Position numbers and translations under genes: made by a program. A DNA stretch of 64,000 bases from Deltaproteobacteria bacterium. Its GTDB lineage: Bacteria; Desulfobacterota; Binatia; UTPRO1. Location: positions 2,289 through 66,288 of the forward strand of contig JAJCZP010000221.1 of NCBI GenBank assembly GCA_029262315.1. Direction: 5' to 3'. Of this stretch, positions 37,491 through 46,988 are shown one piece after another; position 1 is the stretch's first letter; each line of letters begins with the position of its first letter. Under the pieces are notes generated by a model. The model did not search any database, had not been told where the DNA came from, and worked only from the letters and a program-made list of their open reading frames with translations.

Positions 37491-37586
37491 TGACAACGGG
37501 ACACGGCATCACCACGCTGATGACCAGACTCGACGCAAGCGGCCTATTCTGGAAGAAGCAGCGGTAGCCGAGGACCCGCGAACGCA

Positions 37587-38420
37587 ATGACACGACTTGC
37601 CAACTTCGTCGGGAACCGCTCCATGTCGGAGCTCTACGACACGTATTGGGTGCCGGCAGCGCTCGACGTTTTCGCTCGCGGACTCGCAGAGAGCGTCGCG
37701 CCAGGCAATCGAGTACTTGATCTCGCCTGCGGGACAGGGCTGGTTGCAGGCTACGCGGCCGCGCGAGCGGGTGTCGAAGGCGAGGTCGTGGGCTATGACC
37801 CGACTCCCGGTCTCCTGGATGCCGCCCGGGCGAAGAGCTTCCCCGGCGCCGCGATCACGTGGATCGAAGGTTCCGGCGAGTCCATGCCGTTCCGAGATGG
37901 CGAGTTCGACATCGTACTCTGCCACCAAGGTATGCAGTACGTGACGAATCGGGAAAGCACGATGGCGGAAGTCAGGCGGGTCCTCAAGACTGGAGGGCTA
38001 TTTCATGTGGGGGTGTGGGCGAGCGCTCCCCGACAACCCGCCTTTGGCTTCGTCGAGGATGCGCTCGCGAAACACATCGGGCCAGAACAAAAGCCCGTCC
38101 ATGCGTTTTCCTTCGGCGGCCTGTCGGAGCTGAGACGAATCGCCGAAGCCGCGGGCCTCACGGTGCAGCGCCTGGAGACGGTCGAACGTCCGTGGCGCTT
38201 TCGCTCAGTTCAGGAGTTCGTCGACGTTCAGATCGCCTGCGCGGGACGGACGAACGAAGATGGGCAACTGGCCATGGGTCTCGTCGACTTGGAGGATGAA
38301 AACTGGCTTCCCGCGATCGAGGCGTTCACGGCGGACGCCCACGCAGCCCTTGCCCCCTACGTCGGGGAGCACGGGCTGGCAGCACCCTTCGCGTCTGACG
38401 AGATGAGCGCGCGAGCCTGA
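37587..38420 (+). CDS. Class I SAM-dependent methyltransferase (Methyltransf_11-like)
   Basis: VLDLACGTGLVAGY (motif I) and DIVLCHQGMQYV (motif II region). Confidence 0.8.
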   Translation: MTRLANFVGNRSMSELYDTYWVPAALDVFARGLAESVAPGNRVLDLACGTGLVAGYAAARAGVEGEVVGYDPTPGLLDAARAKSFPGAAITWIEGSGESMPFRDGEFDIVLCHQGMQYVTNRESTMAEVRRVLKTGGLFHVGVWASAPRQPAFGFVEDALAKHIGPEQKPVHAFSFGGLSELRRIAEAAGLTVQRLETVERPWRFRSVQEFVDVQIACAGRTNEDGQLAMGLVDLEDENWLPAIEAFTADAHAALAPYVGEHGLAAPFASDEMSARA

Positions 38421-38460
38421 GGGGCCGCGGGTTTTCGCCGCCCCCGGACTCGCCGTCGAC

Positions 38461-39543
38461 TCAATCGAAAACGATCACCTGACGTGCGACTGCGCCCTTG
38501 CGCATCTTGTCGAACGCCGCATTGACCTCCCCGAGCGGAATGCGCGACGAGATCATCTGATCGAGGTGCAAACGCCCGTCGAGATAGAAGTCGACGTAGC
38601 GGGGCATGTCGAATCGAAAGCGGTTGGAGCCCATGTAGGAACCGGTCACGTGCTTCTCCTGCAGGGTCACGTCCGTCGCTGAGATCGGCACCATCTCGGT
38701 CATCGGCACGACGCCGACGAGCACCGTGGTGCCACCACGCCCGGTCATCGCGATTGCCTGCTGGACGGTCGGCACGAGCCCGATGCACTCGAAGACGAAA
38801 TCGGCCCCACCTTCGGTCAGCTCGTGCACCGTACCGAGAGCCTCGTCGGAGGCCTCGATACAATGGGTGGCGCCAAACTCGCGCGCGAGATCGAACTTCC
38901 AGACCTGGGAGTCGATCGCGATGAGCTTGCCGGTACCGCGCAGCCGGGCCCCTTGAATCGCCGCAAGCCCGACGCCGCCGCATCCGATGACGACGACGCT
39001 CGCGCCGGCGGGAATGTTCACCGTGTTCAGCGCCGCACCGAGACCCGTCGTCACCCCGCACCCCAGCAGCGCCGCGCGATCGAGCGGCATATCATCGCGA
39101 ATCTTCACCAACGAGCGCTCAGGACACAGCATCTTCTCGGCGAACGACGACAAGTTGGTGAGCTGCTGGATCGGCTCGCCATCTTTCGAAAGCCTCGATG
39201 GCGCGCCGAACGGACGCCCCTCGAATTGGACAGGACAGAGATAGGGCCGACCGCCAGTGCAAAACTTGCAGACACCACACCACGCGGTCATGCACCCGAT
39301 CACATGATCGCCGGACGCGAATCCCGTCACGCCTTCGCCCACGACCTCGACAATCCCCGCCGGCTCGTGTCCGAGCACGCAGGGCGGCGGCATCGGCAAC
39401 CCGCCTTCGATGACGTGGAGGTCGCTGTGGCAGATCCCGGAGGCCGAGACTTTCACGAGCACCTCACCAGGCGCCGGATCGTCGATCTCGATGTCCTCGA
39501 GCTCGAGTGGTGCGTTGTTCGCGCGCATGACCGCAGCTTTCAT
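38461..39543 (-). CDS. Zinc-dependent alcohol dehydrogenase (class III / formaldehyde-DH-like MDR)
   Basis: GICHSDLHVIEG...GHEPAGIVE, the structural-Zn motif CGVCKFCTGGRPYLC, and GCGGVGLAAIQGA (NAD fold). Confidence 0.85.
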   Translation of the reverse strand: MKAAVMRANNAPLELEDIEIDDPAPGEVLVKVSASGICHSDLHVIEGGLPMPPPCVLGHEPAGIVEVVGEGVTGFASGDHVIGCMTAWCGVCKFCTGGRPYLCPVQFEGRPFGAPSRLSKDGEPIQQLTNLSSFAEKMLCPERSLVKIRDDMPLDRAALLGCGVTTGLGAALNTVNIPAGASVVVIGCGGVGLAAIQGARLRGTGKLIAIDSQVWKFDLAREFGATHCIEASDEALGTVHELTEGGADFVFECIGLVPTVQQAIAMTGRGGTTVLVGVVPMTEMVPISATDVTLQEKHVTGSYMGSNRFRFDMPRYVDFYLDGRLHLDQMISSRIPLGEVNAAFDKMRKGAVARQVIVFD

Positions 39544-39583
39544 GGTGCTTCCCCTTTCATGGGCGGATTCTCAGATCGTGTCG

Positions 39584-41080
39584 CTATCGCATATCGAAGT
39601 CGGGAAGACGCGGCGTCGCCATCGCTTCCTCGAACCGATCGAAGGTCCAAGGCCACGCGGTCGGCACGCCGTTGGCGTCCAGATACCAGCTTTTGCAACC
39701 GCTTTTCCAAATCGTCGTTTGGGCAGCCTCGACGCGATCGGCGTCAAACCGTTCGGCCGCCGCTCGCGAGACGCTGAGCTCACGGCAGGCCCCGGATCGC
39801 ACCTGCTCGACCAGCTGCATGATGTACGAGAACTGCAGCTCCGCCACATCGATCAGCGAGAAGTTCCCCACGGGCCCGTTCGGCCCGTTCAACATGAAGA
39901 AGTTCGGGAACTCCGGAATCGAGATCGCCATGTAGGCAGACGGGCCTTGGCTCCAAACCTCTTCGAGCGCCGTGTCGCCGCGGCCGATAACTTGCATCGG
40001 CCGCATGAAGCGATCGACGCGAAACCCGGTGGCGAAAATCAAGACGTCCAACTCGTGCAACGCCCCGTCACTCGTGCGCGCCCCGGAGGGCTCCATCCCA
40101 GTGATCCCCTCAGAGACGAGCATCGCATTGGGGCGCTGGACGGCCTGGTAGAAGTCGGCAGACATGATCAGACGCTTGCACGCGGCCCGGTAGTTGGGAC
40201 GGAGCTTCTCTCTGAGGGTCGGATCCTGCACGCTGGTCTCGAGATTGGCCACGCAGGCATCGTGGATCGCCTGTAGCTGCGGCGAGTTCGCATCGACGAG
40301 GGCATTCGCAAACCCGTCAGTCAACAGCTGCGACATCTCCGAGCGCAGCTGCCGCATGACCTCCGGCTCGCTCCGGAAGTCGGTTTTCTCCTGCTCGCTG
40401 TACGCCGGGTTATCGATGGGCATGACCCATTGGGGGGTACGCTGAAAGACCGTCAGCGCCGCCACCTGGTCGACGAGGGCCGAAATGATCTGGATCGCGG
40501 TCGAGCCCGTCCCCATCACACCGACGCGTTTTCCCGCGAGCGGCGTCTCGTGGTTCCAACGCGCACTATGGAAGGTCGTCCCCAAGAAGGAGTCGAGACC
40601 GTCGAGGTCGGGATAGGAGGGGTGATGGAGCACGCCCGTTGCCGCGATGACGAAATGGCCGACGTCAGTCGACCCATCGGTCATTTCGATGTTCCAGCGG
40701 CCGTCGTCGAATGCGCAACGGGAGATCTCTTTGCCGTACTGAATGCGAGCGTCCACGCCGTAGCGACGCGCGACGTCCTCGAAGTAGGCCTGGATCTCGG
40801 CGCCCGGCGCGAAGCGATGGCTCCACTCCGGATTGGGCGCGAACGAGTAGCTGTAGAGGTGCGAAGGCACATCACAGGCGATGCCCGGATAGGTGTTCTC
40901 CCGCCAGGTACCGCCGAGCCGGTCGGCCTTCTCGTAGATGGCGAAGTTATCGACGCCGGCCTCCAGGAGCTTGATGGCACTCAGGATCCCGGCCATGCCA
41001 GCACCGATGATGAGGAAACGGAGGTCGGAGCGGGGCGCGCCGGCAGGGGGCGTGTGGGCGTCGGTCGTCATGTCTTCCAC
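39584..41080 (-). CDS. Baeyer-Villiger / class B flavin-containing monooxygenase
   Basis: FLIIGAGMAGILSA (FAD GxGxxG), GGTWRENTYPG, and the BVMO fingerprint FLGTTFHSARWNHE (FxGxxxHxxxW). Confidence 0.85.
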   Translation of the reverse strand: MEDMTTDAHTPPAGAPRSDLRFLIIGAGMAGILSAIKLLEAGVDNFAIYEKADRLGGTWRENTYPGIACDVPSHLYSYSFAPNPEWSHRFAPGAEIQAYFEDVARRYGVDARIQYGKEISRCAFDDGRWNIEMTDGSTDVGHFVIAATGVLHHPSYPDLDGLDSFLGTTFHSARWNHETPLAGKRVGVMGTGSTAIQIISALVDQVAALTVFQRTPQWVMPIDNPAYSEQEKTDFRSEPEVMRQLRSEMSQLLTDGFANALVDANSPQLQAIHDACVANLETSVQDPTLREKLRPNYRAACKRLIMSADFYQAVQRPNAMLVSEGITGMEPSGARTSDGALHELDVLIFATGFRVDRFMRPMQVIGRGDTALEEVWSQGPSAYMAISIPEFPNFFMLNGPNGPVGNFSLIDVAELQFSYIMQLVEQVRSGACRELSVSRAAAERFDADRVEAAQTTIWKSGCKSWYLDANGVPTAWPWTFDRFEEAMATPRLPDFDMR

Positions 41081-41163
41081 GAGGCCGGAATCGGCAGGGC
41101 CCTCCTTTATCCCGTTGTGGCGCGATCTGGAAATACCGCTGTAACCTGTATGATGCGGATCTC

Positions 41164-42327
41164 GTGACGTCCGCCGCCCACGATCCGATCTCCGCCCTCC
41201 TGGCCCAGAGCGAGAAGAGCACGCGCGAGGATCCGCTGTGCGCCACGCAGGTTGCTCTCGCGCGCCAGGGCAAACTCCTGGCGTTCGAGACCTTCGGCCG
41301 GGCGCCCGTGGCCGGGGGTGAGAGGCACGGTGGACGCAACACCGATGCCACCAATCGAACCCTCTTCTCGATCTACTCGGTCACCAAAGCCCTCGTTTCC
41401 GCCGCGAGCTGGATCTTGCTGCAGGAGCGCTTGCTAGCGCTCGACGATCGCGTCGCGGACTACATCCCCGAGTTTGGTACCCACGGGAAAGAGGTCGTCA
41501 CGGTGGCACACCTCCTGACCCACACAGCCGGATTCCCAAGAGCGCGACTGCCCAACCACGACTGGCCCGTGCCTGATCGACGGGTGCGGCACTTCTCCAC
41601 CTGGACCCTCGAGTGGGCGCCGGGCAGTCGCTTCGTCTACCACGGCACCGCGACCATGTGGGTCCTCGCCGAGCTCATCACCCGTCTCGCCAACCTCGAC
41701 TACCGCGACTTCGTACGCACGCGCATCGCCGAGCCGCTCGGCCTCACGAACCTCTACATCGGACTCCCGCCTTCGGAACATGATCGCGTTGCCGATGTGA
41801 TCTGCATGGGACAGCCAACGCCCACCGACGGACGGGCCGTCTCTCCCGTCGATGCGCCCGTCGTCGACGAGAACATGATGGACGACGCGAACCGCTCCGA
41901 GAGTCGCATAGTCGGTGGTCCCGGAGGCGGCGCCATTGCCACGGCGGCCGACGTTGCCATGTTTTACCAGGGCCTCCTCGCCGATGCCGCGGAGCGCGGG
42001 GCACGCATCTGGCAACCCGATGGGCTGCGCGACGCGTGGACCGTACGCAACCCGTCCTTCGTAGATCCCATGACCCAGCAGCCCGCATTGCGTGGACTCG
42101 GGATCGTCATCGCCGGATCCGAGGGGAAGATGTGGCGCGGCTTCAGCGAGGACTGTTCGCCGCGCACGTTCGGGCACATGGGCGCCGGCGGACAGATCTC
42201 GTGGGCCGATCCCGCGACCGGCCTCTCCTTTGCGTTTCTCACCAACGGCGCGCACCGCGATCCCGTACGCCAGGGGGCCAACGGATATCGACTTTCGACG
42301 TTGGCCGCCGCCTGCGGAGCGCGGTAG
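41164..42327 (+). CDS. Serine hydrolase of the beta-lactamase fold (esterase / EstB-like)
   Basis: S-x-x-K motif in FSIYSVTKALVSAASWIL. 387 aa. Divergently paired with the BVMO. Confidence 0.8.
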   Translation: MTSAAHDPISALLAQSEKSTREDPLCATQVALARQGKLLAFETFGRAPVAGGERHGGRNTDATNRTLFSIYSVTKALVSAASWILLQERLLALDDRVADYIPEFGTHGKEVVTVAHLLTHTAGFPRARLPNHDWPVPDRRVRHFSTWTLEWAPGSRFVYHGTATMWVLAELITRLANLDYRDFVRTRIAEPLGLTNLYIGLPPSEHDRVADVICMGQPTPTDGRAVSPVDAPVVDENMMDDANRSESRIVGGPGGGAIATAADVAMFYQGLLADAAERGARIWQPDGLRDAWTVRNPSFVDPMTQQPALRGLGIVIAGSEGKMWRGFSEDCSPRTFGHMGAGGQISWADPATGLSFAFLTNGAHRDPVRQGANGYRLSTLAAACGAR

Positions 42328-42422
42328 CGACACCGACCACACTGTTCCTCGACGAGCGCGGCGCGCAGGCGTCGTTCGTGGGCTGCCTAGCGCACGGTCC
42401 TCGGATACTCTGGTGAGCCGCA

Positions 42423-43613
42423 ATGCCAGACACCGTTCCACAGCTAGCGCTCGTCCTCATCACCGGCCTCGGCACGGTGGTCTGGCTCGTGAACCTGCTG
42501 CTGATGGCTCAGTGCGTGCGCCATATCCCCTTGCTGAGTGATCTGCATCCTCCACCGCTCGGATCGTGGCCCAGGGTCAGCGTCGTCATTCCCGCCTGCA
42601 ACGAAGCACACACTGTCGAGGCGGCGCTCGCCTCCCATGTGGCGACGGACTATCCCAACATCGAACTACTGCCCGTGAACGATCGCTCGACCGACGGCAC
42701 GGGCGCGATCATCGATCGGCTTGCCGCGAAGGATCCCCGCATTCGGCCAGTGCACATCACCGAACTCCCCGAGGGATGGCTCGGCAAGGTCCACGCGCTG
42801 CACACTGGCGCCCGTCGGGCCTCCGGTGACTGGCTCCTCTTCGCCGACGCGGACACCCATGTCCGTCCCGATGCGCTCACCCGCATCATCGCCTGGTGCG
42901 AAGCCGAGAAGGTCGATCTCTTCAGCCCCATCTTTCGCCTGCGGGGCGGCAGCGGTGCGCTCGTCGATCTCGCGACCAGCACGTTCGCGCGACTGATGTT
43001 CATCGCCTCGCAACCGTGGCGCGTGTCGGACCCAAGAGCCAAGCAGGCCTTCGGGGCTGGCGCGTTCATTCTCGTACGACGCCGCGCGTTCGAACGCACG
43101 GAGGGATTCTCGTGGCTGCGCATGGAAGTCGCGGACGACATGGCCCTGGCCCTCTTGCTCAAAGGTTCGGGCGCCCGATTGCGCGTCGTCAACGCACGCG
43201 ACCACATCGAGTTGGCGTTGTACACGACACCCGATGAGGTCCGCCGCAGCACCGAGAAGAGCGGCTATGCCATCCTCGGCCACTATAGCCTCGCGAAGAC
43301 GCTCAGCATGGCGGCGCTGCTCCCTGCCCTGGAACTCGCTCCGTTCGCTGGCTTTGTACCGGTCGACGTCCCCTGGCTCCCGGCGCTCGGCGCGGTGGGT
43401 ATCGCCTTGATGCTGGCCTGCCTGGCCTGGTCGATGCGGTGGTTCGGCCGGCCGATGTGGACCGCGTTCGCCTATCCCATCGGGATGCTCTGGATGAGCT
43501 GGCTGAACGTGCGATCCGGCCTGATCGGCGCTCACCATCAGGGAATCCGCTGGCGAGATACCTTCTACCCCGCCGAGACACTGCGGGCCGGGATCCGCGT
43601 CCACTGGCCATGA
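42423..43613 (+). CDS. Family 2 glycosyltransferase, integral membrane (N- and C-terminal TM helices)
   Basis: VSVVIPACNEAHTV..., DRSTDGT, FADADTH (DxD). The C-terminal half is hydrophobic. Confidence 0.8.
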   Translation: MPDTVPQLALVLITGLGTVVWLVNLLLMAQCVRHIPLLSDLHPPPLGSWPRVSVVIPACNEAHTVEAALASHVATDYPNIELLPVNDRSTDGTGAIIDRLAAKDPRIRPVHITELPEGWLGKVHALHTGARRASGDWLLFADADTHVRPDALTRIIAWCEAEKVDLFSPIFRLRGGSGALVDLATSTFARLMFIASQPWRVSDPRAKQAFGAGAFILVRRRAFERTEGFSWLRMEVADDMALALLLKGSGARLRVVNARDHIELALYTTPDEVRRSTEKSGYAILGHYSLAKTLSMAALLPALELAPFAGFVPVDVPWLPALGAVGIALMLACLAWSMRWFGRPMWTAFAYPIGMLWMSWLNVRSGLIGAHHQGIRWRDTFYPAETLRAGIRVHWP

Positions 43614-43736
43614 GGCACCGCCGTGACGTCGACAGGCGGGGCTGAGGACACCCTGATCGGTCTCGCTCGTACGCCTGGCCGCCGCCATCACGCTGACCGT
43701 TGCAGCCGTGCGATTGGTTCGCTAGGCGTTCGGGGA

Positions 43737-45149
43737 GTGACGTCGCTTCGCGGATCATCGCGCTCGTGTCGCTGGCAGCGCGCGATCGTCGGCGTCGTCA
43801 TCGGCACGCTCCTGCACAGCACCACGCTTGCGGGCTGTATCCGCTACCGCGCGGCCCCGCTCGACACCGTTCCGTTCCAGGAGCGCGCCATCGTCCAAGA
43901 ACGTGACGGCCTTCGCGTGTCGGCGAGCGCGCTCGGGAGCGAAGAGGCGCACACTCTCTTCGGCGTGTCCTTGGCCAAGCTCGGGATCCAGCCCGTCTGG
44001 ATCAGGATCGCCAACGATACCGACGACGCCTACCTCTTCTTCCAGCAAACGGTCGATCCCGACTACTACGCGGCGGCGGAGGCCGCCTACAAGAGCCACT
44101 ACTCCGGCATCAAACGCGCGCTCGGACTGGGGCTGGCCGCTATCCTGCTGTGGCCCATCGTCCTCGTCGCTCCAATTCAACTTGTCAGCGCCCAGATCGC
44201 CAACCGGCGGATGGACGCTCTGTTCGCCTCACGCGCCATCGGAAACCACTACGTTTCGCCCGGGCACACGATCGAGGGTTTCGTGTTCACCCCGGTCGAT
44301 GAAGGCACCAAGAACGTTCCGGTCACCCTTCTCGGCCCCGAGGGGACACAGGCCTTCAGCCTCTTCGTGCAGGTCCCCGGCGGCCGAGCCGATCATATCA
44401 GCGTCGATTTCGAGGCGCTGCACGCGGGCGAATCCATCCGCGACCTGGACAACGGCACGGTGAGCGCGATCGCGAGCACCCTCCCCTGCTGCGCGACGAA
44501 CGCACGCGGCACACGGAACGGCGATCCGCTCAACGTCGTCATCGCCGGCACGTTCGAACAGGTGCTGAACGGGCTCACCCGCGCAGGCTGGGATGAAACG
44601 GATGCGCTGGACATCACCTCGAGCCTCCGCACGGCTGGCGCGTTCCTCTTCGCATCGCACTACCGATACGCACCGATCAGCAATCTCTTTCTGTACGAGC
44701 GCGCCCAGGACGTAGCGTTCCAGAAGGCGCGGGAAACGATTCACGAACGCAATCACATGCGCCTCTGGCTTTCACCGCTCCGACTGAACGGTCTACCCGT
44801 CTGGGTGGGACAAGTCAGTCGGGACATCGGCATCCGCTTCACGCCGCGGACCTGGACCCTGACCACGCACGCCATCGATCCCAACGTGGACGACGCACGC
44901 GAGGCCCTCGTCGGAGATCTCCTGCAAACAGGGCGGGTCGCCGCAGTGGGATACCTTGCGGGGAGCGAAGGCTCGACGCCCGAGGACCCCGCGCGCAATC
45001 TCACTGGCGACCGGTACCATACCGACGGCTACCTGGCGCTGACGATCCTCGCAGATCAGCCGACGGCACCTGAGATCCTCTACGAAGACGCGGGGAAAGA
45101 GGCCGAGATCGTGCCCCCTGTCGGCACCGCGCCTGAGACGGCGGAATAA
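43737..45149 (+). CDS. Lipoprotein with a possible LssY-like C-terminal domain
   Basis: GTG 43737 behind GGGGAG. Lipobox LHSTTLAGC. An internal TM (LGLGLAAILLWPIVLVAPIQLV). C-terminal ..NVVIAGTFEQVLNGLTRAGWDE..ERNHMRLW. The domain call is tentative. Confidence 0.55.
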   Translation: MTSLRGSSRSCRWQRAIVGVVIGTLLHSTTLAGCIRYRAAPLDTVPFQERAIVQERDGLRVSASALGSEEAHTLFGVSLAKLGIQPVWIRIANDTDDAYLFFQQTVDPDYYAAAEAAYKSHYSGIKRALGLGLAAILLWPIVLVAPIQLVSAQIANRRMDALFASRAIGNHYVSPGHTIEGFVFTPVDEGTKNVPVTLLGPEGTQAFSLFVQVPGGRADHISVDFEALHAGESIRDLDNGTVSAIASTLPCCATNARGTRNGDPLNVVIAGTFEQVLNGLTRAGWDETDALDITSSLRTAGAFLFASHYRYAPISNLFLYERAQDVAFQKARETIHERNHMRLWLSPLRLNGLPVWVGQVSRDIGIRFTPRTWTLTTHAIDPNVDDAREALVGDLLQTGRVAAVGYLAGSEGSTPEDPARNLTGDRYHTDGYLALTILADQPTAPEILYEDAGKEAEIVPPVGTAPETAE

Positions 45150-45174
45150 AGCGACCGCGTCGCGGTTCCGCGCG

Positions 45175-46965
45175 CTACCGCTCGGCGCTGGCGATGGTTT
45201 CCAGCGTCTCCCACCGAGCATAGAGGTCGGTGAGATCGGCCTCGACGGTCTCGAGACGCGCCGTGTCGGCCGCGATCTCGGGACCAGGACGCTTGTAGAA
45301 ATCCGCCCCTGCCATGGCGGCCGCTAGCGCGCTCTTTTCCCGCTCGAGCGCTTCGATCCGTGCTGGCAGCTCCTCGAGTTCGCGTCGCTCCTTGAACGTC
45401 AATCGACGCGGTCCCTGGCGCACGGGCCGCGGACGGGGCTGCTTCTTGACCGCGGCCGGTGCCAGCGCCGCCGTTGGTCGCTGCCGTACCCAGTCGTCAA
45501 AGCCGCCCACGTACTCGCGGACACGACCCTCCCCCTCGAACACGAGCGTCGACGTGACGACGTTGTTGATGAAGGCCCGATCGTGGCTGACGACGAGCAA
45601 GGTACCCGAGAACCCCGCAAGCCAGGCCTCGAGCATTTCGAGCGTCTCGACATCGAGATCGTTGGTCGGCTCGTCGAGCACCAGAAGATTGCACGGTCGG
45701 GCGAGGAGGCGCGCGAGCTGTAGCCGATTGCGCTCGCCTCCGGACAACTGCTGGGTGGAACCCCGGATCTGCTCCCGCGTGAAGAGAAAGTCCTCGAGGT
45801 AGCCCACAATATTCCGAGGGCGTCCGTCGATCGTCACCGTATCCCCGGCGTCACACACGTTCTCCCGCACGCTCTTCGTATCGTCCAGCACGGCGTGCAG
45901 CTGATCGAAACGCGCGACCTCGAGGCTAGTACCGTGATGCACGTGGCCACTGCTCGCGGGAAGCTCGCCCAACAGCAAGCGAAGCAGAGTGGTTTTTCCG
46001 CAGCCGTTCGGTCCGATGATGCCGATCCGGTCGCCCCGCACGATGGTGGTCGTCAACTGGTCCACGACCGGGCGCTCATCAAACGCGTGGCAGAGCGCCT
46101 CCGTCCGCACGACGATTCGTCCACTACGTTCCGCGTCCTGGAGACGGCCCTGGACCGTGCCGGCGACGTCGCGACGGGCACCGCGAGTCTCACGCATGGC
46201 CTCCAATGCGCGCACACGTCCTTCATTGCGCGTCCGCCGCGCGCGGATACCGCGGCGCACCCAGACCTCCTCGGCCGCGAGCTTCTTGTCGAAAAGCGCC
46301 TGCTCACGCGCCTCGGCCTCGAGCAGCGCCTCCCTCCGCGCCAAATAGGTCGTGTAGTCGCACGGGTAGCTGCGCAGAGCCCCACGATCGAGGTCGAGAA
46401 TCCGGGTCGCCAGTCGACGCAGGAATTCCCGATCGTGCGTGACGAAGACCAGTGCCCCTCTGTACTGCAGCAGCATGTCCTGCAGGTCGAAAATGGCCTC
46501 GATGTCGAGGTGGTTCGTCGGCTCGTCGAGGAGCAGCAGATCTGGCTCGACGATGAGCGCGCGTGCGAGGAGGACGCGGCGTTTGATCCCCGCCGAGAGA
46601 TCCGCAACCGATGCCTCGCGCTCCAGACCGAGCCGGGAAACCGTCTGCGCGATCCGCGTCTCGATCTCACGCGGGGTGAGGACACCTCCGTCCAACGCAT
46701 GTCCGAGCTGCGCGCCCACGGTACCGTCCAGCGCACGCGGCACCTCTTGAGGCAACTCGGCGACCGATAGCCCTTGGCGCCGGCTGACCGTCCCCGTATC
46801 CGGCTCGAGCGCCCCCGATAGAATACGCAAGAGCGTCGACTTCCCCGCGCCGTTCCTCCCAACGAGTCCGATGCGCTCCCCGCGCTCGATCTGGAGATCG
46901 ACCTTGTCGAGCAGGGGAGTTCCTTCGAGCGCGTAGCTCGCAGCGGTCAGTCCGAGTTCGGCCAT
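45175..46965 (-). CDS. ABC-F family ATPase (tandem ABC domains, Uup/EttA-like; no membrane domain)
   Basis: Two Walker A sites, GLVGRNGAGKST and IGIIGPNGCGKTT. Two signature motifs, LSAGIKRR and LSGGERNR. A C-terminal coiled-coil domain. Start taken at MAELGL (46965). Confidence 0.85.
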   Translation of the reverse strand: MAELGLTAASYALEGTPLLDKVDLQIERGERIGLVGRNGAGKSTLLRILSGALEPDTGTVSRRQGLSVAELPQEVPRALDGTVGAQLGHALDGGVLTPREIETRIAQTVSRLGLEREASVADLSAGIKRRVLLARALIVEPDLLLLDEPTNHLDIEAIFDLQDMLLQYRGALVFVTHDREFLRRLATRILDLDRGALRSYPCDYTTYLARREALLEAEAREQALFDKKLAAEEVWVRRGIRARRTRNEGRVRALEAMRETRGARRDVAGTVQGRLQDAERSGRIVVRTEALCHAFDERPVVDQLTTTIVRGDRIGIIGPNGCGKTTLLRLLLGELPASSGHVHHGTSLEVARFDQLHAVLDDTKSVRENVCDAGDTVTIDGRPRNIVGYLEDFLFTREQIRGSTQQLSGGERNRLQLARLLARPCNLLVLDEPTNDLDVETLEMLEAWLAGFSGTLLVVSHDRAFINNVVTSTLVFEGEGRVREYVGGFDDWVRQRPTAALAPAAVKKQPRPRPVRQGPRRLTFKERRELEELPARIEALEREKSALAAAMAGADFYKRPGPEIAADTARLETVEADLTDLYARWETLETIASAER

Positions 46966-46988
46966 CGAGTGTCGGGCAGCGGCGATCG

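Noticed and set aside
42666-43691. 341-aa minus ORF over the GT2 gene
   Set aside because: Arg-rich antisense shadow. The + strand carries clear GT2 motifs and TM helices.
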